From a virus (lineage: Duplodnaviria > Caudoviricetes): a stretch of DNA of 31,139 nucleotides. The DNA is taken from positions 1-31,139 of the IMG/VR virus record IMGVR_UViG_3300027835_000018; one strand, 5' to 3'. The position numbers were made by a program, and so were the translations under genes. Shown here piece after piece: positions 1 to 10,371 of the stretch (positions are counted from its first letter, which is position 1; every line of letters starts with the position of its first letter). The notes beneath the pieces are model-generated. The model saw only the letters and a list, made by a program, of their open reading frames with translations, was not told the origin of the DNA and ran no database searches.

Positions 1-31
1 TAGATGGCAAATGCCAGGTTGATGGAAATGC
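1..31 (+). repeat. RIT left terminal inverted repeat
   Basis: TAGATGGCAAATGCCAGGTTGATGGAAATGC matches the reverse complement of 3356-3386 (TAAATCGCAAATGCCAAGTCGATGGTTATGC) at 25/31 positions. Confidence 0.85.
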
Positions 32-155
32 CCTGAACGTTTCGCAGCGCCCAGACATCTCGTGTTTCGAGCTCAAGGAACCCCTTGAGGCTCCGCATAA
101 CGGATGGCGTTGGATGAGCCATCGGGGACCTGCCCGTGAACCAAGGAGGCAGGAC

Positions 156-1403
156 ATGATTGGTGCGTTCTACAGGCGAGCGCTGATCGCTGACCGCGTC
201 CGGAACAGTCCGCACGGGGAGTTGATCGAACGCTTCGCTGCGGCCCTTACCCAAGACGGGTACGAGCGCCGCCACGGCGGCATGCTCCTCAGCGCGGCGT
301 GGCACGTCTCTACGTGGGCTTTCGAACGCGGGTTGCCGTTGGCCGACCTGTCCGCAGGCGACCTGACTCGGTTCGCACGCCATGCTGCTCATTGCTCCTG
401 TTCCTCCCTTCCAGCTCCACCGGCCCGCGGTATGCGGAATCCGAGGAAGCACGCGCGGGTCTTTGTTGGGTTCATCAAGAACGGCCGCATAGGCGACCGT
501 CGTGCCGCTCCAAGGCCGGTTCCCCTCCTCGTTGCCCGCTTCATCGATTGGCTCAAGAGGAACCGGGGTGTTCGAGAAGCCACGATGCGCAAGTACGAGC
601 GGATTCTCTGCATAGCCACCGCGCAGATCGGCGACGAACCGAGCCAATACAACGCAGCGCGCCTTCGTGCGCTTGTCATGACAAAGGGGGCGCAAGCACC
701 CGCGAAAGCCGTCGAGGACCTTCTCGTGGCTCTGCGAGGTTTCCTGCGATTTCTCATTGCAGAAGGTCTCTGCGACAAGGCTCTCGAAGACGCGCTCCCA
801 CGGTTCCGCTGCCCCCCAGCCGATCCCCTTCCCGCGATCCTCACAAGCGTCGAGGTCGAGAGGATCTTGGCTACGATCAAGCCCACGAGCACGGTGGGTC
901 TCCGCGACCGTGCGATTCTGCTGCTCTTGGTGCGGCTTGGACTGCGCGCTGGTGACGTCGCGACGATGCGTATCTCGGACGTTCTCTGGGATCAGGGTCT
1001 TCTGCGCGTTCGCGGGAAGAGCCGACGAGAGAACTGCATCCCGTTGCCCCAGGACGCGGGCGATGCACTTCTCGCATACCTTTCGAAGGGCCGGCCGAGA
1101 GCGGCCACGGATGTCGTCTTCGTGCGAGTTCCAAGGCCGGTTCGTCCGTTCGCCTCCTCGGGTGCCGTAACGAACATCTGGGTCCGCGCTCTGCGGCTTG
1201 CCGGGGTCCGAAATCCAGCACCGCGGAGACAGATCCTTCGCCACACAGCCGCAACCAACCTTGCGCGCGCGGGCTTGCGCCCGGCGTCCATAGCGACAGT
1301 GCTGAGGCACAGGTCCATCTCGATGACCGCGCACTACACGCATACCGACGCCCGCGCACTGAAAGGAGTGGTGCAACCATGGCCGTTAAGGCGGTTCAGA
1401 TGA
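156..1403 (+). CDS. ritA: Tyrosine recombinase, RIT first subunit
   Basis: GLRAGD, RGKS, QILRH, LRH...AHY catalytic-type motifs. AGGAGG at 144-149 favours ATG 156 over the ORF start at 114. Confidence 0.9.
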   Translation: MIGAFYRRALIADRVRNSPHGELIERFAAALTQDGYERRHGGMLLSAAWHVSTWAFERGLPLADLSAGDLTRFARHAAHCSCSSLPAPPARGMRNPRKHARVFVGFIKNGRIGDRRAAPRPVPLLVARFIDWLKRNRGVREATMRKYERILCIATAQIGDEPSQYNAARLRALVMTKGAQAPAKAVEDLLVALRGFLRFLIAEGLCDKALEDALPRFRCPPADPLPAILTSVEVERILATIKPTSTVGLRDRAILLLLVRLGLRAGDVATMRISDVLWDQGLLRVRGKSRRENCIPLPQDAGDALLAYLSKGRPRAATDVVFVRVPRPVRPFASSGAVTNIWVRALRLAGVRNPAPRRQILRHTAATNLARAGLRPASIATVLRHRSISMTAHYTHTDARALKGVVQPWPLRRFR

Positions 1404-2302
1404 GCGACCTGGTCGACGCGTACCTCGCGATGCGACGGGTCGCAGGCTATGCACTGCTCCGCGAGGGTGCAGACCTGCGCAAGTTTGCAAAGTTCTGCGC
1501 GGAGAAGGGCGTCCGGCATGTAGCCACCAAACTGGCCATCCAGTGGGCGGAGCGCACGCCATCGCGGTGGTTGCGCGTCAACCGTCTGCGAACGATCAGC
1601 CACTTCGCCGAGTACGCGCGCGCTGAGGACGGGCGACATGAGGTGCCGCCGCTCAGGTGCCTTGGAACCTACCGGTATCGACGGCCGACGCCGTACATCC
1701 TCTCTCGCGCACAGATCGACGCGCTCTTGCGAGAGGCCGGCAACATGGGACCAAAGGGCACTCTTCGGCCTCAGATTCTCCAGACCCTCTTCGCGCTGAT
1801 CGCTGTCACTGGTCTTCGCATCTCCGAGGCCCTGGGCCTGACGTTGAGCGACGTGGGACCCACCGGATTGGTCGTCCGCAAGTCGAAGTTCGGAAAGGGT
1901 CGCGTACTCCCGATTCACTCCTCCACATGGGCGGCTCTCGAGAGCTACATCAGCCGTCGGCGGCAGGTCCCATCCGAGGATGACCACCTGTTCATCTCGC
2001 TCACCGGCAAGGTTCTCCGGCGCCACACCGTGGAGGAGATCTTCCGCGAGCTCGTCGATGCGGCGGGCATTCCTCGCAAGCCCCGCATCCGAGGCCCCGT
2101 CATCCACAGCCTCCGCCACACCTTCGCGGTGCGTGCACTCGAGGCATCGACCGGTAGCAGCTCCGCCGTCGCTGAGCACATGCTCGCCGTGAGCCGCTAC
2201 CTCGGCCACTCGGACGTCGTGCACACGTACTGGTACTACGAGAGCACTCCGCAGCTGATGCGCGCCATAGCGAGGCTGTCCGAGCGCGCCGGGGGACGGT
2301 GA
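1400..2302 (+). CDS. ritB: Tyrosine recombinase, RIT second subunit
   Basis: TGLRISEAL, KSKFGKGR, HSLRHTFAV, YLGHSDVVHTYWY. ATG 1400 forms an ATGA overlap with the ritA stop. Confidence 0.92.
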   Translation: MSDLVDAYLAMRRVAGYALLREGADLRKFAKFCAEKGVRHVATKLAIQWAERTPSRWLRVNRLRTISHFAEYARAEDGRHEVPPLRCLGTYRYRRPTPYILSRAQIDALLREAGNMGPKGTLRPQILQTLFALIAVTGLRISEALGLTLSDVGPTGLVVRKSKFGKGRVLPIHSSTWAALESYISRRRQVPSEDDHLFISLTGKVLRRHTVEEIFRELVDAAGIPRKPRIRGPVIHSLRHTFAVRALEASTGSSSAVAEHMLAVSRYLGHSDVVHTYWYYESTPQLMRAIARLSERAGGR

Positions 2303-2305
2303 GCC

Positions 2306-3361
2306 ATGACCCCTCTGGCGCCACACCTGGAAGCCTTTTTCGCCTCCCAACTGCCGAGAGAGCGGGGGGCAAGCGTCCATACCAGCGCGAGCTACGCGGA
2401 TGCGTTTCGGCTCCTTCTGTCTTTCGCGAGCGCACAGCTCAAGTGCAGGCCATCGAAGCTCATGCTCGAGGCCCTCGATGCACGGCTGGTCGTAGCGTTC
2501 CTCAATCAGCTCGAGGAGAAGCGAGGGAATTCGGCCGCCACGCGCAACGCGCGTCTTGCTGCGATCAGGTCCTTCATGCGCTTTCTGGAGGCTCGCGTCC
2601 CGGAGCGTGCCGACCAGATTCGGCGCGTCCTGACGGTCCCGTTCAAGAAAACCGACGAGCCTCTCGTCCCGTTCCTCACCAGCAAGGAGTGGACGGCGCT
2701 CGTAGGAGCTCCCGATCCGCGTACTTGGCTGGGCGCCAGAGATCGAGCACTGCTCTATCTCGCTGTCACCTGTGGCCTTCGGGTCTCGGAACTGGCCGAT
2801 GTGTGCCTCGACGACATCACTCTCCGCCCCCACGCCCAGCTCGCTATCCAAGGCAAGGGTCGCCGCCATCGCGAGCTGCCCATCTGGAAGGACGTCGCGA
2901 TCGCTCTGCGTCGTTGGCTTGCGATCCGTGGACAGCATGAGGCCACAGAGGTCTTCGTGACGACCCATGGCGAAGCGCTGACGCGCGCGGCCATCGAGGA
3001 CATTGTCCGTCGGCACACGAAGCGAGCCAGCGAGTCGTGCCCATCTTTGCGCGAGAAGAAGGTGTCGCCTCACGTCTTGCGGCACACCTGCGCGATGATC
3101 ATTCTGCAGGCGACTGGTGACCTGAGGAAGGTCGCGCTTTGGCTCGGCCATGCGCACTTGGAGACCACCGAGGTCTACACGCGAGCGAGTCCCGTTGAGC
3201 TGCTTGTCGCTCTTGAACACAAGCTGCCCATGCAACTCCGGCCTGGTCGTTTCCGGGTTCCGGATCATCTGATGGCCTTTCTGAAGGAGCAGTCCTTATG
3301 CGAAGCGCAGCACGTCACCGTTCCTCGGAAGCAGCCTCGGTCGCGCCTAAGCCGTGCATAA
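2306..3361 (+). CDS. ritC: Tyrosine recombinase, RIT third subunit
   Basis: MTPLAPHLEAFF N-terminus, GLRVSEL, GKGRR, SPHVLRHTCA, WLGH...TTEVY. Stop codon lies inside the right inverted repeat. Confidence 0.92.
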   Translation: MTPLAPHLEAFFASQLPRERGASVHTSASYADAFRLLLSFASAQLKCRPSKLMLEALDARLVVAFLNQLEEKRGNSAATRNARLAAIRSFMRFLEARVPERADQIRRVLTVPFKKTDEPLVPFLTSKEWTALVGAPDPRTWLGARDRALLYLAVTCGLRVSELADVCLDDITLRPHAQLAIQGKGRRHRELPIWKDVAIALRRWLAIRGQHEATEVFVTTHGEALTRAAIEDIVRRHTKRASESCPSLREKKVSPHVLRHTCAMIILQATGDLRKVALWLGHAHLETTEVYTRASPVELLVALEHKLPMQLRPGRFRVPDHLMAFLKEQSLCEAQHVTVPRKQPRSRLSRA

Positions 3362-3386
3362 CCATCGACTTGGCATTTGCGATTTA
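3356..3386 (-). repeat. RIT right terminal inverted repeat
   Basis: Reverse complement matches bases 1-31 at 25/31; contains repeated WWATGC sub-sites. Confidence 0.85.
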
Positions 3387-3410
3387 ATGCTGAACTCAGC
3401 ATTAAATCGC
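3379..3410. repeat. Perfect 15-bp inverted repeat at the RIT/phage junction
   Basis: GCGATTTAATGCTGA-AC-TCAGCATTAAATCGC read directly from the sequence. Confidence 0.9.
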
Positions 3411-3983
3411 CTCCCCGACGGGCCGGACGACGCGTCCATTGAGCGTGATCTGCGTGGCCTCCAGGCTAATGGCGCCCACTGCACGGATCGTGATCGCGGT
3501 CGTTCCCTGCAGCGTGATCGTGTTGTCTTCGGCGTCGAAGAGCAGCACGTCGCCGGTGCGGCAGTTCTTGAGCTGTAGCTTCTTGCGGCCCGACGCCTCG
3601 TCCAACTCGATGCGGAAGGTCTCGGTCGCGAGCACGAAGTTGTCGGGCGGCGTGCGGCGTGCTTCCTCTGGGACCTCGCTCACGCCGCGCGGCTTGCCCC
3701 AGTGCGCGGCGAGGTAGTGCGGCTCGCCATCGCCCTGGTTGAACCACACGGCAACCTCGGCTCCGACTTCGGGCACGGCGAAGATGCCTCGGTTGGCCGA
3801 GCCTCCACCCACGGTCCCGAGCGGCCAGGACCACGGTCCGTGCGGCTCCATGACGCCCGGAATGCAGCAGCGCACGCGCCCGAGCTGCTCGGGGTCATTG
3901 CGATCGACCACGTACCCCACGAACATCCCGTGGAGAGGGGTGTCGTGGGCGCTCGTGTCGTCCGCAAACGTGGTCACCGTCAT
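3402..3983 (-). CDS. Baseplate assembly protein V / spike (Gp5 OB-fold)
   Basis: [33 protein letters not shown] motifs and a beta-rich C-terminus; follows gpD. Confidence 0.88.
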   Translation of the reverse strand: MTVTTFADDTSAHDTPLHGMFVGYVVDRNDPEQLGRVRCCIPGVMEPHGPWSWPLGTVGGGSANRGIFAVPEVGAEVAVWFNQGDGEPHYLAAHWGKPRGVSEVPEEARRTPPDNFVLATETFRIELDEASGRKKLQLKNCRTGDVLLFDAEDNTITLQGTTAITIRAVGAISLEATQITLNGRVVRPVGEAI

Positions 3984-5263
3984 TGCGCCGTGCTCATAAG
4001 TGGCTCCTCCGCGCTGCTGGTTTCCGGCGCGAGCGCGCCGCTCGCCCGGTACTCGGTGTGCGTCGTGCGGTCCTCCCGGTTCACCATCTCGATTTCCGAG
4101 GCCGCGCCAGGTGACTTGGCCTTGGCGGTGTTGTGCTCGCCACCCTGCGCACGCGCCACGGCCTGGGCCAGACGCCCCGAGCCATCCTTGGTCAGCTTGA
4201 GCTCGGTGGCGTAGCCAGACCCGCTGACCGTGTGCTTCGCCTCGGCCACGTAGTACTTGCCCGAGAGCCGAGGCGTGAGGCCACGAAGCTCGACGATCGT
4301 CTTGGCCGCCAGCGTCGGGTCGCCAATGGCTTGGACCGACAGCTTGATGCTCTCGCGCTCCGCGGCGATGAAGCGTGCGTCGGCCTCCCGCGCTGCCTTG
4401 GTGCTCGAGCTGGCCGACGTCGCGTGGACGCTGGCGGTGGCGTTACGCTCTTCGTCCTTCGATGACCTGGTCTCCGGATCGACGACTTCGATGACGTCGC
4501 CCAGGGTCGAGCGCTTCGCGGTCTCCGAGTTGGCGCTGGCCTCGATTGTGGCCTTCTTCATCGGATCGCGGCCGCGCACGGTCACACGGCCCACCCGACG
4601 CCCCAAGTCCGATTCCATCGAGATCGACAGGACGTCGCCCCGGCCTGGATCGGCGTACCAGGTGAGCACGTGCGACGGCGCCGCGTGCTGGAGCCGCCGG
4701 TGAAAGTGAAAGCCCGAGACATCCACGAAGAACACGAAGTGCTCGCGGGCCGCGAGCCGCTTGAGGAAGCGTGCGTCGGTCTCACCCGCCTGGTTGATGA
4801 CCTCGTAGAGAATCCCCGTGTCCTCGATGGCGGCGAAGCCGTCGGCGTAGCCGTACTCGGCAGCGATCTGCCGCACGACCTCTGACCGGCTCACGCCCTC
4901 CCAGCGGCGTGTCCGCGCCTGCCGGTTCATGAGGACCGACAGCGCGTGGCCCTCAACGGTCAGCGTCGTGAAGCCCTTGATCTTGCGCACGACCACACGG
5001 CGCGGTGGCGCCATGCACCCCGGGTAGCCCCAGGACACCTCCAAGATCGCGCCGCCCGCCAGCTCGGGCCGCTCGAAAAGCGAGAGGTCGAAGTTGTCGA
5101 GCTGGAGCGACAGCTTGTCGGCGCGGGCCTCCGTGTCCTCGTAGGTGAGGCAAAGGATCCGGCCGTCGAGCGAGACGGGCTCGCCGGCGGCGGCATGCTC
5201 GTCGGGCACCAGCGTGACGCGCACACCGGGTGCGCTGCGGTCGATGCGTCCGCCCACTGTCAT
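3980..5263 (-). CDS. Late control D family baseplate hub protein
   Basis: [45 protein letters not shown]...HT motifs; lies between LysM and gpV. Confidence 0.85.
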   Translation of the reverse strand: MTVGGRIDRSAPGVRVTLVPDEHAAAGEPVSLDGRILCLTYEDTEARADKLSLQLDNFDLSLFERPELAGGAILEVSWGYPGCMAPPRRVVVRKIKGFTTLTVEGHALSVLMNRQARTRRWEGVSRSEVVRQIAAEYGYADGFAAIEDTGILYEVINQAGETDARFLKRLAAREHFVFFVDVSGFHFHRRLQHAAPSHVLTWYADPGRGDVLSISMESDLGRRVGRVTVRGRDPMKKATIEASANSETAKRSTLGDVIEVVDPETRSSKDEERNATASVHATSASSSTKAAREADARFIAAERESIKLSVQAIGDPTLAAKTIVELRGLTPRLSGKYYVAEAKHTVSGSGYATELKLTKDGSGRLAQAVARAQGGEHNTAKAKSPGAASEIEMVNREDRTTHTEYRASGALAPETSSAEEPLMSTAQ

Positions 5264-5604
5264 CCGACCTGCCTCCGCCGTGACTCACCCAGGATCACGT
5301 CAGTCAGCACCCGGACCGAGGGCACCCAGATGCGCTTTCCCGACGGGCCGATTTCGAGAGTCGGATCGATGATGACCTCGGGCTGGAAGTCCGCGATGAC
5401 CCACCAGAAGCCGCACGCCCGCGGCAGCGGCTCGAAGTAGCGCCCGGCCAGGTCGTAGAGTGTGTCGCCCTGGACGACGACGTGGACGCGGTTGTCCGCG
5501 TGCGGGCGGAAGCCGTACGGCTCGCGATCGGTGAGGAACGTGTGCCCGGCCTCGTCGCGGATGCCGAGGCAGAAGCCGTAGCGTGATCCAGCGCGGGGTG
5601 GCAT
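5260..5604 (-). CDS. LysM / tail protein X-like baseplate protein
   Basis: [17 protein letters not shown]...WWVIADFQ LysM-type pattern. Start ATG 5604 overlaps the upstream TGA; it is the 3' part of ORF 5260..6177. Confidence 0.8.
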   Translation of the reverse strand: MPPRAGSRYGFCLGIRDEAGHTFLTDREPYGFRPHADNRVHVVVQGDTLYDLAGRYFEPLPRACGFWWVIADFQPEVIIDPTLEIGPSGKRIWVPSVRVLTDVILGESRRRQVG

Positions 5605-6113
5605 CAGAACTCTCCTCGTCGTTCTTCGGAGGTCACCCTCACGTCGAGCACCTCCTCGAACGAGCACGTCGCGGTGTAGACGAGCACGCTGCCGTCGATG
5701 CCGAACTGGCGGTACTGGAACTCCAGATCGGTCACCACCGTCTCGACCGTCAGCACGTTCGGCCAGATGAAGAGCGTGCGCGGTGGCGCCGTCGCAGCGA
5801 CGCCCTCGGTTGCCAGCGGCGGCACGGTCAGCGCCCGCAGGAACGCCCGGAACTCCAGGATGCCGACGTCGGTCGGCTGCTCCGCCGCGAAGTAGGCATC
5901 CATGTAGAACTCGACGCCGCCGACTTGCCGGTTCCCGGTGCTCTGGTACTGGAGCACCTGGTGTGAGAGCCCCGGCACGGCGAGCCGATTCCAGTTCACC
6001 GACACCTTCTCGGTGAGCTGCGTCGGGTTGAACAGGCACTCCATCGACTCGCCGCTCGCGACGTTGACGAGCACACAGCGCGGCGGACGAGCCTGGGCGA
6101 TCTCGAGTCCCAT
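5604..6113 (-). CDS. Contractile-tail tube initiator (CIS tube-like) protein
   Basis: [29 protein letters not shown] motifs. ATG 6113 lies just after the tape measure stop. Confidence 0.72.
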   Translation of the reverse strand: MGLEIAQARPPRCVLVNVASGESMECLFNPTQLTEKVSVNWNRLAVPGLSHQVLQYQSTGNRQVGGVEFYMDAYFAAEQPTDVGILEFRAFLRALTVPPLATEGVAATAPPRTLFIWPNVLTVETVVTDLEFQYRQFGIDGSVLVYTATCSFEEVLDVRVTSEERRGEF

Positions 6114-6124
6114 CGTCGTGTCCC

Positions 6125-8929
6125 TCAGTACGCCGGTACCGGCGAGAAGCTGCGGCTCGCCAGGTCCGTCTCGGCATTCGACTGGACGCGCGCGAGCGTC
6201 TCGCCGTCGACCTGCAGGTTGATGTTGAAGGGCGGGGCCTTGCCCTGCTGCTGCGCCCGGTCGTTGGCGTACGCCTTCATGTTGGACTCGAACTGTGCGA
6301 AGTCGTCCGCGCGCGCCCGCGTGTCCACCGCCGCGGGCATCGAGGACGAAGCCGCTTCGGCACGTCCCGCCGTGGTCTCCGTGCGCGCCACGGCATCGAA
6401 CTGGTCGGCAACGCGCACCTCCGTGGACAGCGGCGACCGCTTCAGCCTCTCCAGGCTCGAGGGCAAGAGTTCGTCTGGGATCTCTCGCAGGATCCTGATG
6501 ACCAAGTCGCTGATGGCGTCGAAGACCGCCTTGATGGCGCGGCCAACGCCCTTGAAGAAGTCGACCACGGGCTGCAAGAACGACTTGATGCCCGACGCGA
6601 TCGAGTCGAACAGGCCCGAGAACCATCGGCCGACGCCGGTGAGAAACTTCCCGATCCGGTTGAAGAAGCCAACGATCCCGTCGATGGCGGAGGAGATGGC
6701 GTTCGGCAGCGTCTCGGTGAACCACAGGTAGATCCCGGCCGCGGTCTCGCCGATCCAAGTGCCCGCCGCCACGAACGCGTCCCTGAGCAGGCTCACCACG
6801 TAGATGGCGGCACCGACGACATCGATCAGGAATGCCAGTCCGTCGATAGTGCCTTTGACGATCGCTCCAAATACCTGGCCCAGGAACTCGCCCAGCACAC
6901 GCCAGCCCTGCCCCGACTCGCCGACGGCTGCTGTCGAGTCTTGGGTGGTGCCGGTGAGCTTGTCCCAGGCGGCGCTGAGGCGGTCGAGCGCGTTGCCCAC
7001 AGCGTCGATGGCGGGCTGGATGAACTGCTTCATCGACTGGAAGCCGGCGACGAAGCCCGCCACCAAGCGTGCCACCCAGCCGATCACGATGGCTCCCCAG
7101 GTCACGATCGTGGCGAAGACGCCGCCAACGGTCTCGCCGAAGCTCTTAAACTCCGACGAGGGAAGACTCGCCGCGGCGTCGCCCCATCCCGAGAACAATC
7201 TTCCGACCTGCTCCCCCAAGTCAGTGAACGCCGCCACGAGCTCGCGAAAGACCGGCGCGGCGGCCTCGATGGCAGTCGTGAAACCTTCCTTGAAGCCCTC
7301 CCAGATCCGCTGGATGCGGTACGCCACTGCGTACACCGTGATGAGGAACTGCTTCAGGCCCTGGTTCTCCACCTTGAGCAGCTCCTCGCGAACGGCGTCG
7401 GAGAACCCGCCCTGCTGAATGAGCTGCGCCAGCCCGCGGAAGAACAACGACACCCGCTCCCACACCGTGCGCGCGAAGTCGGCGATGCCGCCGAGGTTCT
7501 TCTGAAACGCCACGTAGAGCCCATAGACTGCAGCAGCGACGAGACCGATCACGAGGATGGCCGGCGCGATCGCCGCGACGATGCCGCCCAGGCTGACACC
7601 AACCGCTCCGAGGCCCACGCTCAAGAGCGCAAGGCCCGCCTTTGCCGCCACGACAGCCCCGGTCAATGCGACGAAGGTCGAGATGCCCACCGCCAGAAGC
7701 CCAAGCGCCTTCTTCAGCGGCGCCGGCATGCCGCGGACAACGCGGATGATGGCATTCACGCCTTCGACGACGGCGTGGACGACCGGGCGGAAGATCTCGG
7801 CGAACGCCTCACCGAGCACGATGCCGAGCGTCTCCATCGAGCCGCGCAAGAGCTTCTTCTGGCCCTCGAAGGTCGCGAGCATCTTGTCTCGGAATGCCGC
7901 CATCGAGCCGCCAGCATTGGCCATCTGGTCACGCAAGTAGGCAACGGCGGCTGCGCCCTTGTAGAGCTTGCCGGTGGCGTCGGTGACACCATGGGAGAGC
8001 TGCTCCATGGTGGCGCTGATCCCGCCCAACGCCTCCCGCCCGAAGGTCTCGAGGAGGAAGCCGGCCCGCTTGACCTGGCTCATCTTCTCGAGCTCGGGCG
8101 CAAGGTCGCCGACGATGTCCAGGAAAGAGCGAAAGTTGTCGCCGCTGTCCTTGATCTCGACGTGCAACCCCTTCAGCGCCGTCTGCACCTTCGAATCGGC
8201 CATCCGCTCCATGGCAACCGACGCCGCGGTGGAGGCCTTCTCGATGCCAGGAATCGCGTTCTTGACGAGGCCGACGGTGATCATGGTTTCGGACAGCGAC
8301 TGGTGAAGTAGCTGCGCCCCGCGCGCGGCAGTGCCGAGCGCGATAGGTAGGTCTCCCGCCCCGAGAGAGAAGAGGTTGGCGCTCTTGACCATCTGGTCCA
8401 TCGAGAACGCCGCCTGGTCGATCGAAATCCCGAACACCTTCATCATCTGCGTCGCGACGCCGGCCGCGCCCTGGGGCGTGAGCTCGCCGAGGGACCCGCC
8501 CGCCAGATCGAGGACGGGAATCAGCAGCGCCGTGGACTCCCGTGCGGTGTAACCGGCCTGAGCCAGATCGCGCAGCCCCATGGCCGCCTCGGTGGGCGAG
8601 AACTGTGTGGCCAGGCCCGCGTCCAGCGCCGCGTCGTGCAGCATCGCCAGCTCGGCGCCCGTGGTGTTCGACACGGCCCCGACCTGTGCGATGGCTTCCT
8701 CGAACTTGCCGGCGACGTTGGCGAGCGCGAAGGCGCCGCCCAGGCCCACGAGTCCAGCGGTCATGAACGCCATGCCGACGCCGAGCCCGCGGAACGAGCT
8801 CGTGATCTTCGCGCTGCCCAGGCCGACCCGCTCATCAAGGCTCGCGAAGGTCCGTTCCAGGCGCCCGATCGTGGACGACGCCAGGTCGCGCGCCGTGAAT
8901 ACGAAGCCCATGCCAGCGCTGTTCAGCAT
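6125..8929 (-). CDS. Tail tape measure protein (TP901 family)
   Basis: 934 aa, Ala/Gly-rich and helical; [16 protein letters not shown] motif, central hydrophobic segments, periodic W/F repeats. Confidence 0.93.
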   Translation of the reverse strand: MLNSAGMGFVFTARDLASSTIGRLERTFASLDERVGLGSAKITSSFRGLGVGMAFMTAGLVGLGGAFALANVAGKFEEAIAQVGAVSNTTGAELAMLHDAALDAGLATQFSPTEAAMGLRDLAQAGYTARESTALLIPVLDLAGGSLGELTPQGAAGVATQMMKVFGISIDQAAFSMDQMVKSANLFSLGAGDLPIALGTAARGAQLLHQSLSETMITVGLVKNAIPGIEKASTAASVAMERMADSKVQTALKGLHVEIKDSGDNFRSFLDIVGDLAPELEKMSQVKRAGFLLETFGREALGGISATMEQLSHGVTDATGKLYKGAAAVAYLRDQMANAGGSMAAFRDKMLATFEGQKKLLRGSMETLGIVLGEAFAEIFRPVVHAVVEGVNAIIRVVRGMPAPLKKALGLLAVGISTFVALTGAVVAAKAGLALLSVGLGAVGVSLGGIVAAIAPAILVIGLVAAAVYGLYVAFQKNLGGIADFARTVWERVSLFFRGLAQLIQQGGFSDAVREELLKVENQGLKQFLITVYAVAYRIQRIWEGFKEGFTTAIEAAAPVFRELVAAFTDLGEQVGRLFSGWGDAAASLPSSEFKSFGETVGGVFATIVTWGAIVIGWVARLVAGFVAGFQSMKQFIQPAIDAVGNALDRLSAAWDKLTGTTQDSTAAVGESGQGWRVLGEFLGQVFGAIVKGTIDGLAFLIDVVGAAIYVVSLLRDAFVAAGTWIGETAAGIYLWFTETLPNAISSAIDGIVGFFNRIGKFLTGVGRWFSGLFDSIASGIKSFLQPVVDFFKGVGRAIKAVFDAISDLVIRILREIPDELLPSSLERLKRSPLSTEVRVADQFDAVARTETTAGRAEAASSSMPAAVDTRARADDFAQFESNMKAYANDRAQQQGKAPPFNINLQVDGETLARVQSNAETDLASRSFSPVPAY

Positions 8930-8931
8930 CC

Positions 8932-9135
8932 CTACTTCCTCTTCGCCGCCCGCTCGAGCGCCTTCGCCTCACGCTCGCGCTCGACGCCGATGCGCTCGTT
9001 CAGCCAGTCCCGATCGCGCACGGCAAGGTCCAGCGCATCTCCCATGGAGATCGCCAGACCGCTGCCACCGTGCTGATGCCATGCCAGCTGGAACACGTTT
9101 TCCCTCCAGGTCTCCAGGGCTACGTCGGGGAAGAG
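8932..9135 (-). CDS. Tail assembly chaperone T-like extension, probably expressed by -1 frameshift from the upstream gene
   Basis: Short frame [19 protein letters not shown]...ERAAKRK overlaps the end of 9120..9887 in the -1 frame and stops 2 nt before the tape measure start. No convincing start of its own. Confidence 0.6.
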   Translation of the reverse strand, partial: LFPDVALETWRENVFQLAWHQHGGSGLAISMGDALDLAVRDRDWLNERIGVEREREAKALERAAKRK

Positions 9136-9887
9136 CCAGCCAACGCTTGGTTCCGCGCCGTCCCCTTCGAGGGCATGAAGAAGCCCCGGTCGAAAGGGAG
9201 CTCCACCTCCTGCGTCGCCCAGCACTCCGGGCACTCGATGTCGATCGCCGTCTCCACGCCGCAGTCCACGCGATCGAACTCGGTGTGCAGGAAGTCGGCA
9301 TCGGCCATCGACAGCTCCTCGAGGAACGCCCGTCTGCTCTTGGCGTCGGCGCCCTCGATGTCGACGATGCGATAGGCCAGCACCGCCGAGAGTGCACGGT
9401 CACCGGCCGTGCGCCGAAGTGCGACGAGGTTCCGCTCGTCAGCGCCCGTGAGCAGCTTGAACCACAGGCGCGTGCCGGCGCCCGGCAGGCGCGTCTCGAA
9501 GCGGTTGCCCGCCTGGAAGGTAGCGCGGCTCTCCTGCGAGAGCGCCTGTGCTGGCAGATCGTGCAGGCTCAGCTCCCACGGAATGCGCCGGCGGCAGGCA
9601 TCCTCGACGCACGAGACCGAGAACGCGTACTCGGCGCCGTAGGTCAGGCAGCGGAGCTGGAGCAACGCGTAGAAGCGGTCGCCCTGCAGCACACGGCTCC
9701 AGTCGGCCTTGCCGTCGAAGACGTAGGGGCCAGGATCAAGAGTCTCCTCCCAGCACGCCGCGAGGAGCTCATCGAGCTGCCCGCCGCTCTTCGCGAGCTT
9801 GCGGTCAGCCAGAATGCGTTCCTCGCGCACCTTCATGCCGCGAATGCGACCCGTGAGACCCGAGGGACAAATGATGGTATCGGACAT
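9120..9887 (-). CDS. Tail/baseplate assembly chaperone (T4 gp26-like, Cys motifs)
   Basis: [29 protein letters not shown] and CPEC motifs, C-terminal ELPFDRGFF; lies between tube and tape measure. Confidence 0.65.
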   Translation of the reverse strand: MSDTIICPSGLTGRIRGMKVREERILADRKLAKSGGQLDELLAACWEETLDPGPYVFDGKADWSRVLQGDRFYALLQLRCLTYGAEYAFSVSCVEDACRRRIPWELSLHDLPAQALSQESRATFQAGNRFETRLPGAGTRLWFKLLTGADERNLVALRRTAGDRALSAVLAYRIVDIEGADAKSRRAFLEELSMADADFLHTEFDRVDCGVETAIDIECPECWATQEVELPFDRGFFMPSKGTARNQALAGSSPT

Positions 9888-9909
9888 GTGCGTCTCCGTG
9901 TGCTCGTGG

Positions 9910-10371
9910 CTATTGGGCCAGGACGAAGTAGTCGATCGTCAAAGTCACGCTCTCGATTTGCGCCTCGTCCGCAGACGAGTCCCAATCTCCCGCGACGAAC
10001 TTCACCGGCCACGCGCCGAAGATCGACCAGCGCCGGAGCGTCGAGCCGTCGCGGTCCTGCTGAACGATGTCGAGGTTGCGCTTGTAGGCGTTGTCGGGAA
10101 GACCGAGACCGCTCGCGACGTTCGCCACGTCGTTGAACCACTTGAAGAGGTCGCGGTCGAGGGTGGCGCCACGCTCCAGGGTGATGTCCGAGAACGTGAG
10201 CCGCCCCGGTGATTTGTGCGGTATGAGCCGGCCGCCTTCGTATTGGAGAATCGAAGCGACCTCCACGGACAATTCCGACGCCTTTGCGAAACTGGCCGAT
10301 TGGACTCCATCAATTTCCACGATGTACGCGTGCTTCTTGAAGAATGAACGCGGTGTTCCGACGATTGCCAT
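9910..10371 (-). CDS. Tail tube protein (T4 gp19 family)
   Basis: YEGG...[45 protein letters not shown]. Confidence 0.92.
   Translation of the reverse strand: MAIVGTPRSFFKKHAYIVEIDGVQSASFAKASELSVEVASILQYEGGRLIPHKSPGRLTFSDITLERGATLDRDLFKWFNDVANVASGLGLPDNAYKRNLDIVQQDRDGSTLRRWSIFGAWPVKFVAGDWDSSADEAQIESVTLTIDYFVLAQ

Larger units (their letters stand above)
1..3410 (+). mobile_element. Recombinase-in-trio (RIT) element
   Basis: Three adjacent co-oriented tyrosine recombinase genes (about 415, 300 and 351 aa) bounded by imperfect terminal inverted repeats at 1-31 and 3356-3386. Right boundary uncertain between ~3386 and 3410; left end may extend a few bases beyond the window. Confidence 0.9.

Noticed and set aside
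1334-3268. 644-aa antisense ORF across ritB/ritC
   Set aside because: No recognisable motifs; a shadow frame of GC-rich recombinase genes whose sense products have full catalytic signatures.
5260-6758. Long N-terminal extensions of ORFs 5260..6177 and 5604..6758 (likewise 15762..16634, 16274..17011, 26140..27180, 27932..29062)
   Set aside because: The extensions overlap upstream genes; downstream starts with stop/start coupling or an RBS fit better.
9098-9104. GGGAAAA slippery-like heptamer on the - strand
   Set aside because: It lies downstream of the chaperone stop codon (9120-9122), so it cannot mediate the G/GT shift.
8580-10136. 518-aa + strand ORF and many similar Arg/Ser/Pro-rich ORFs opposite the structural genes
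   Set aside because: Composition typical of off-frame translation of high-GC DNA; they overlap well-supported - strand genes.
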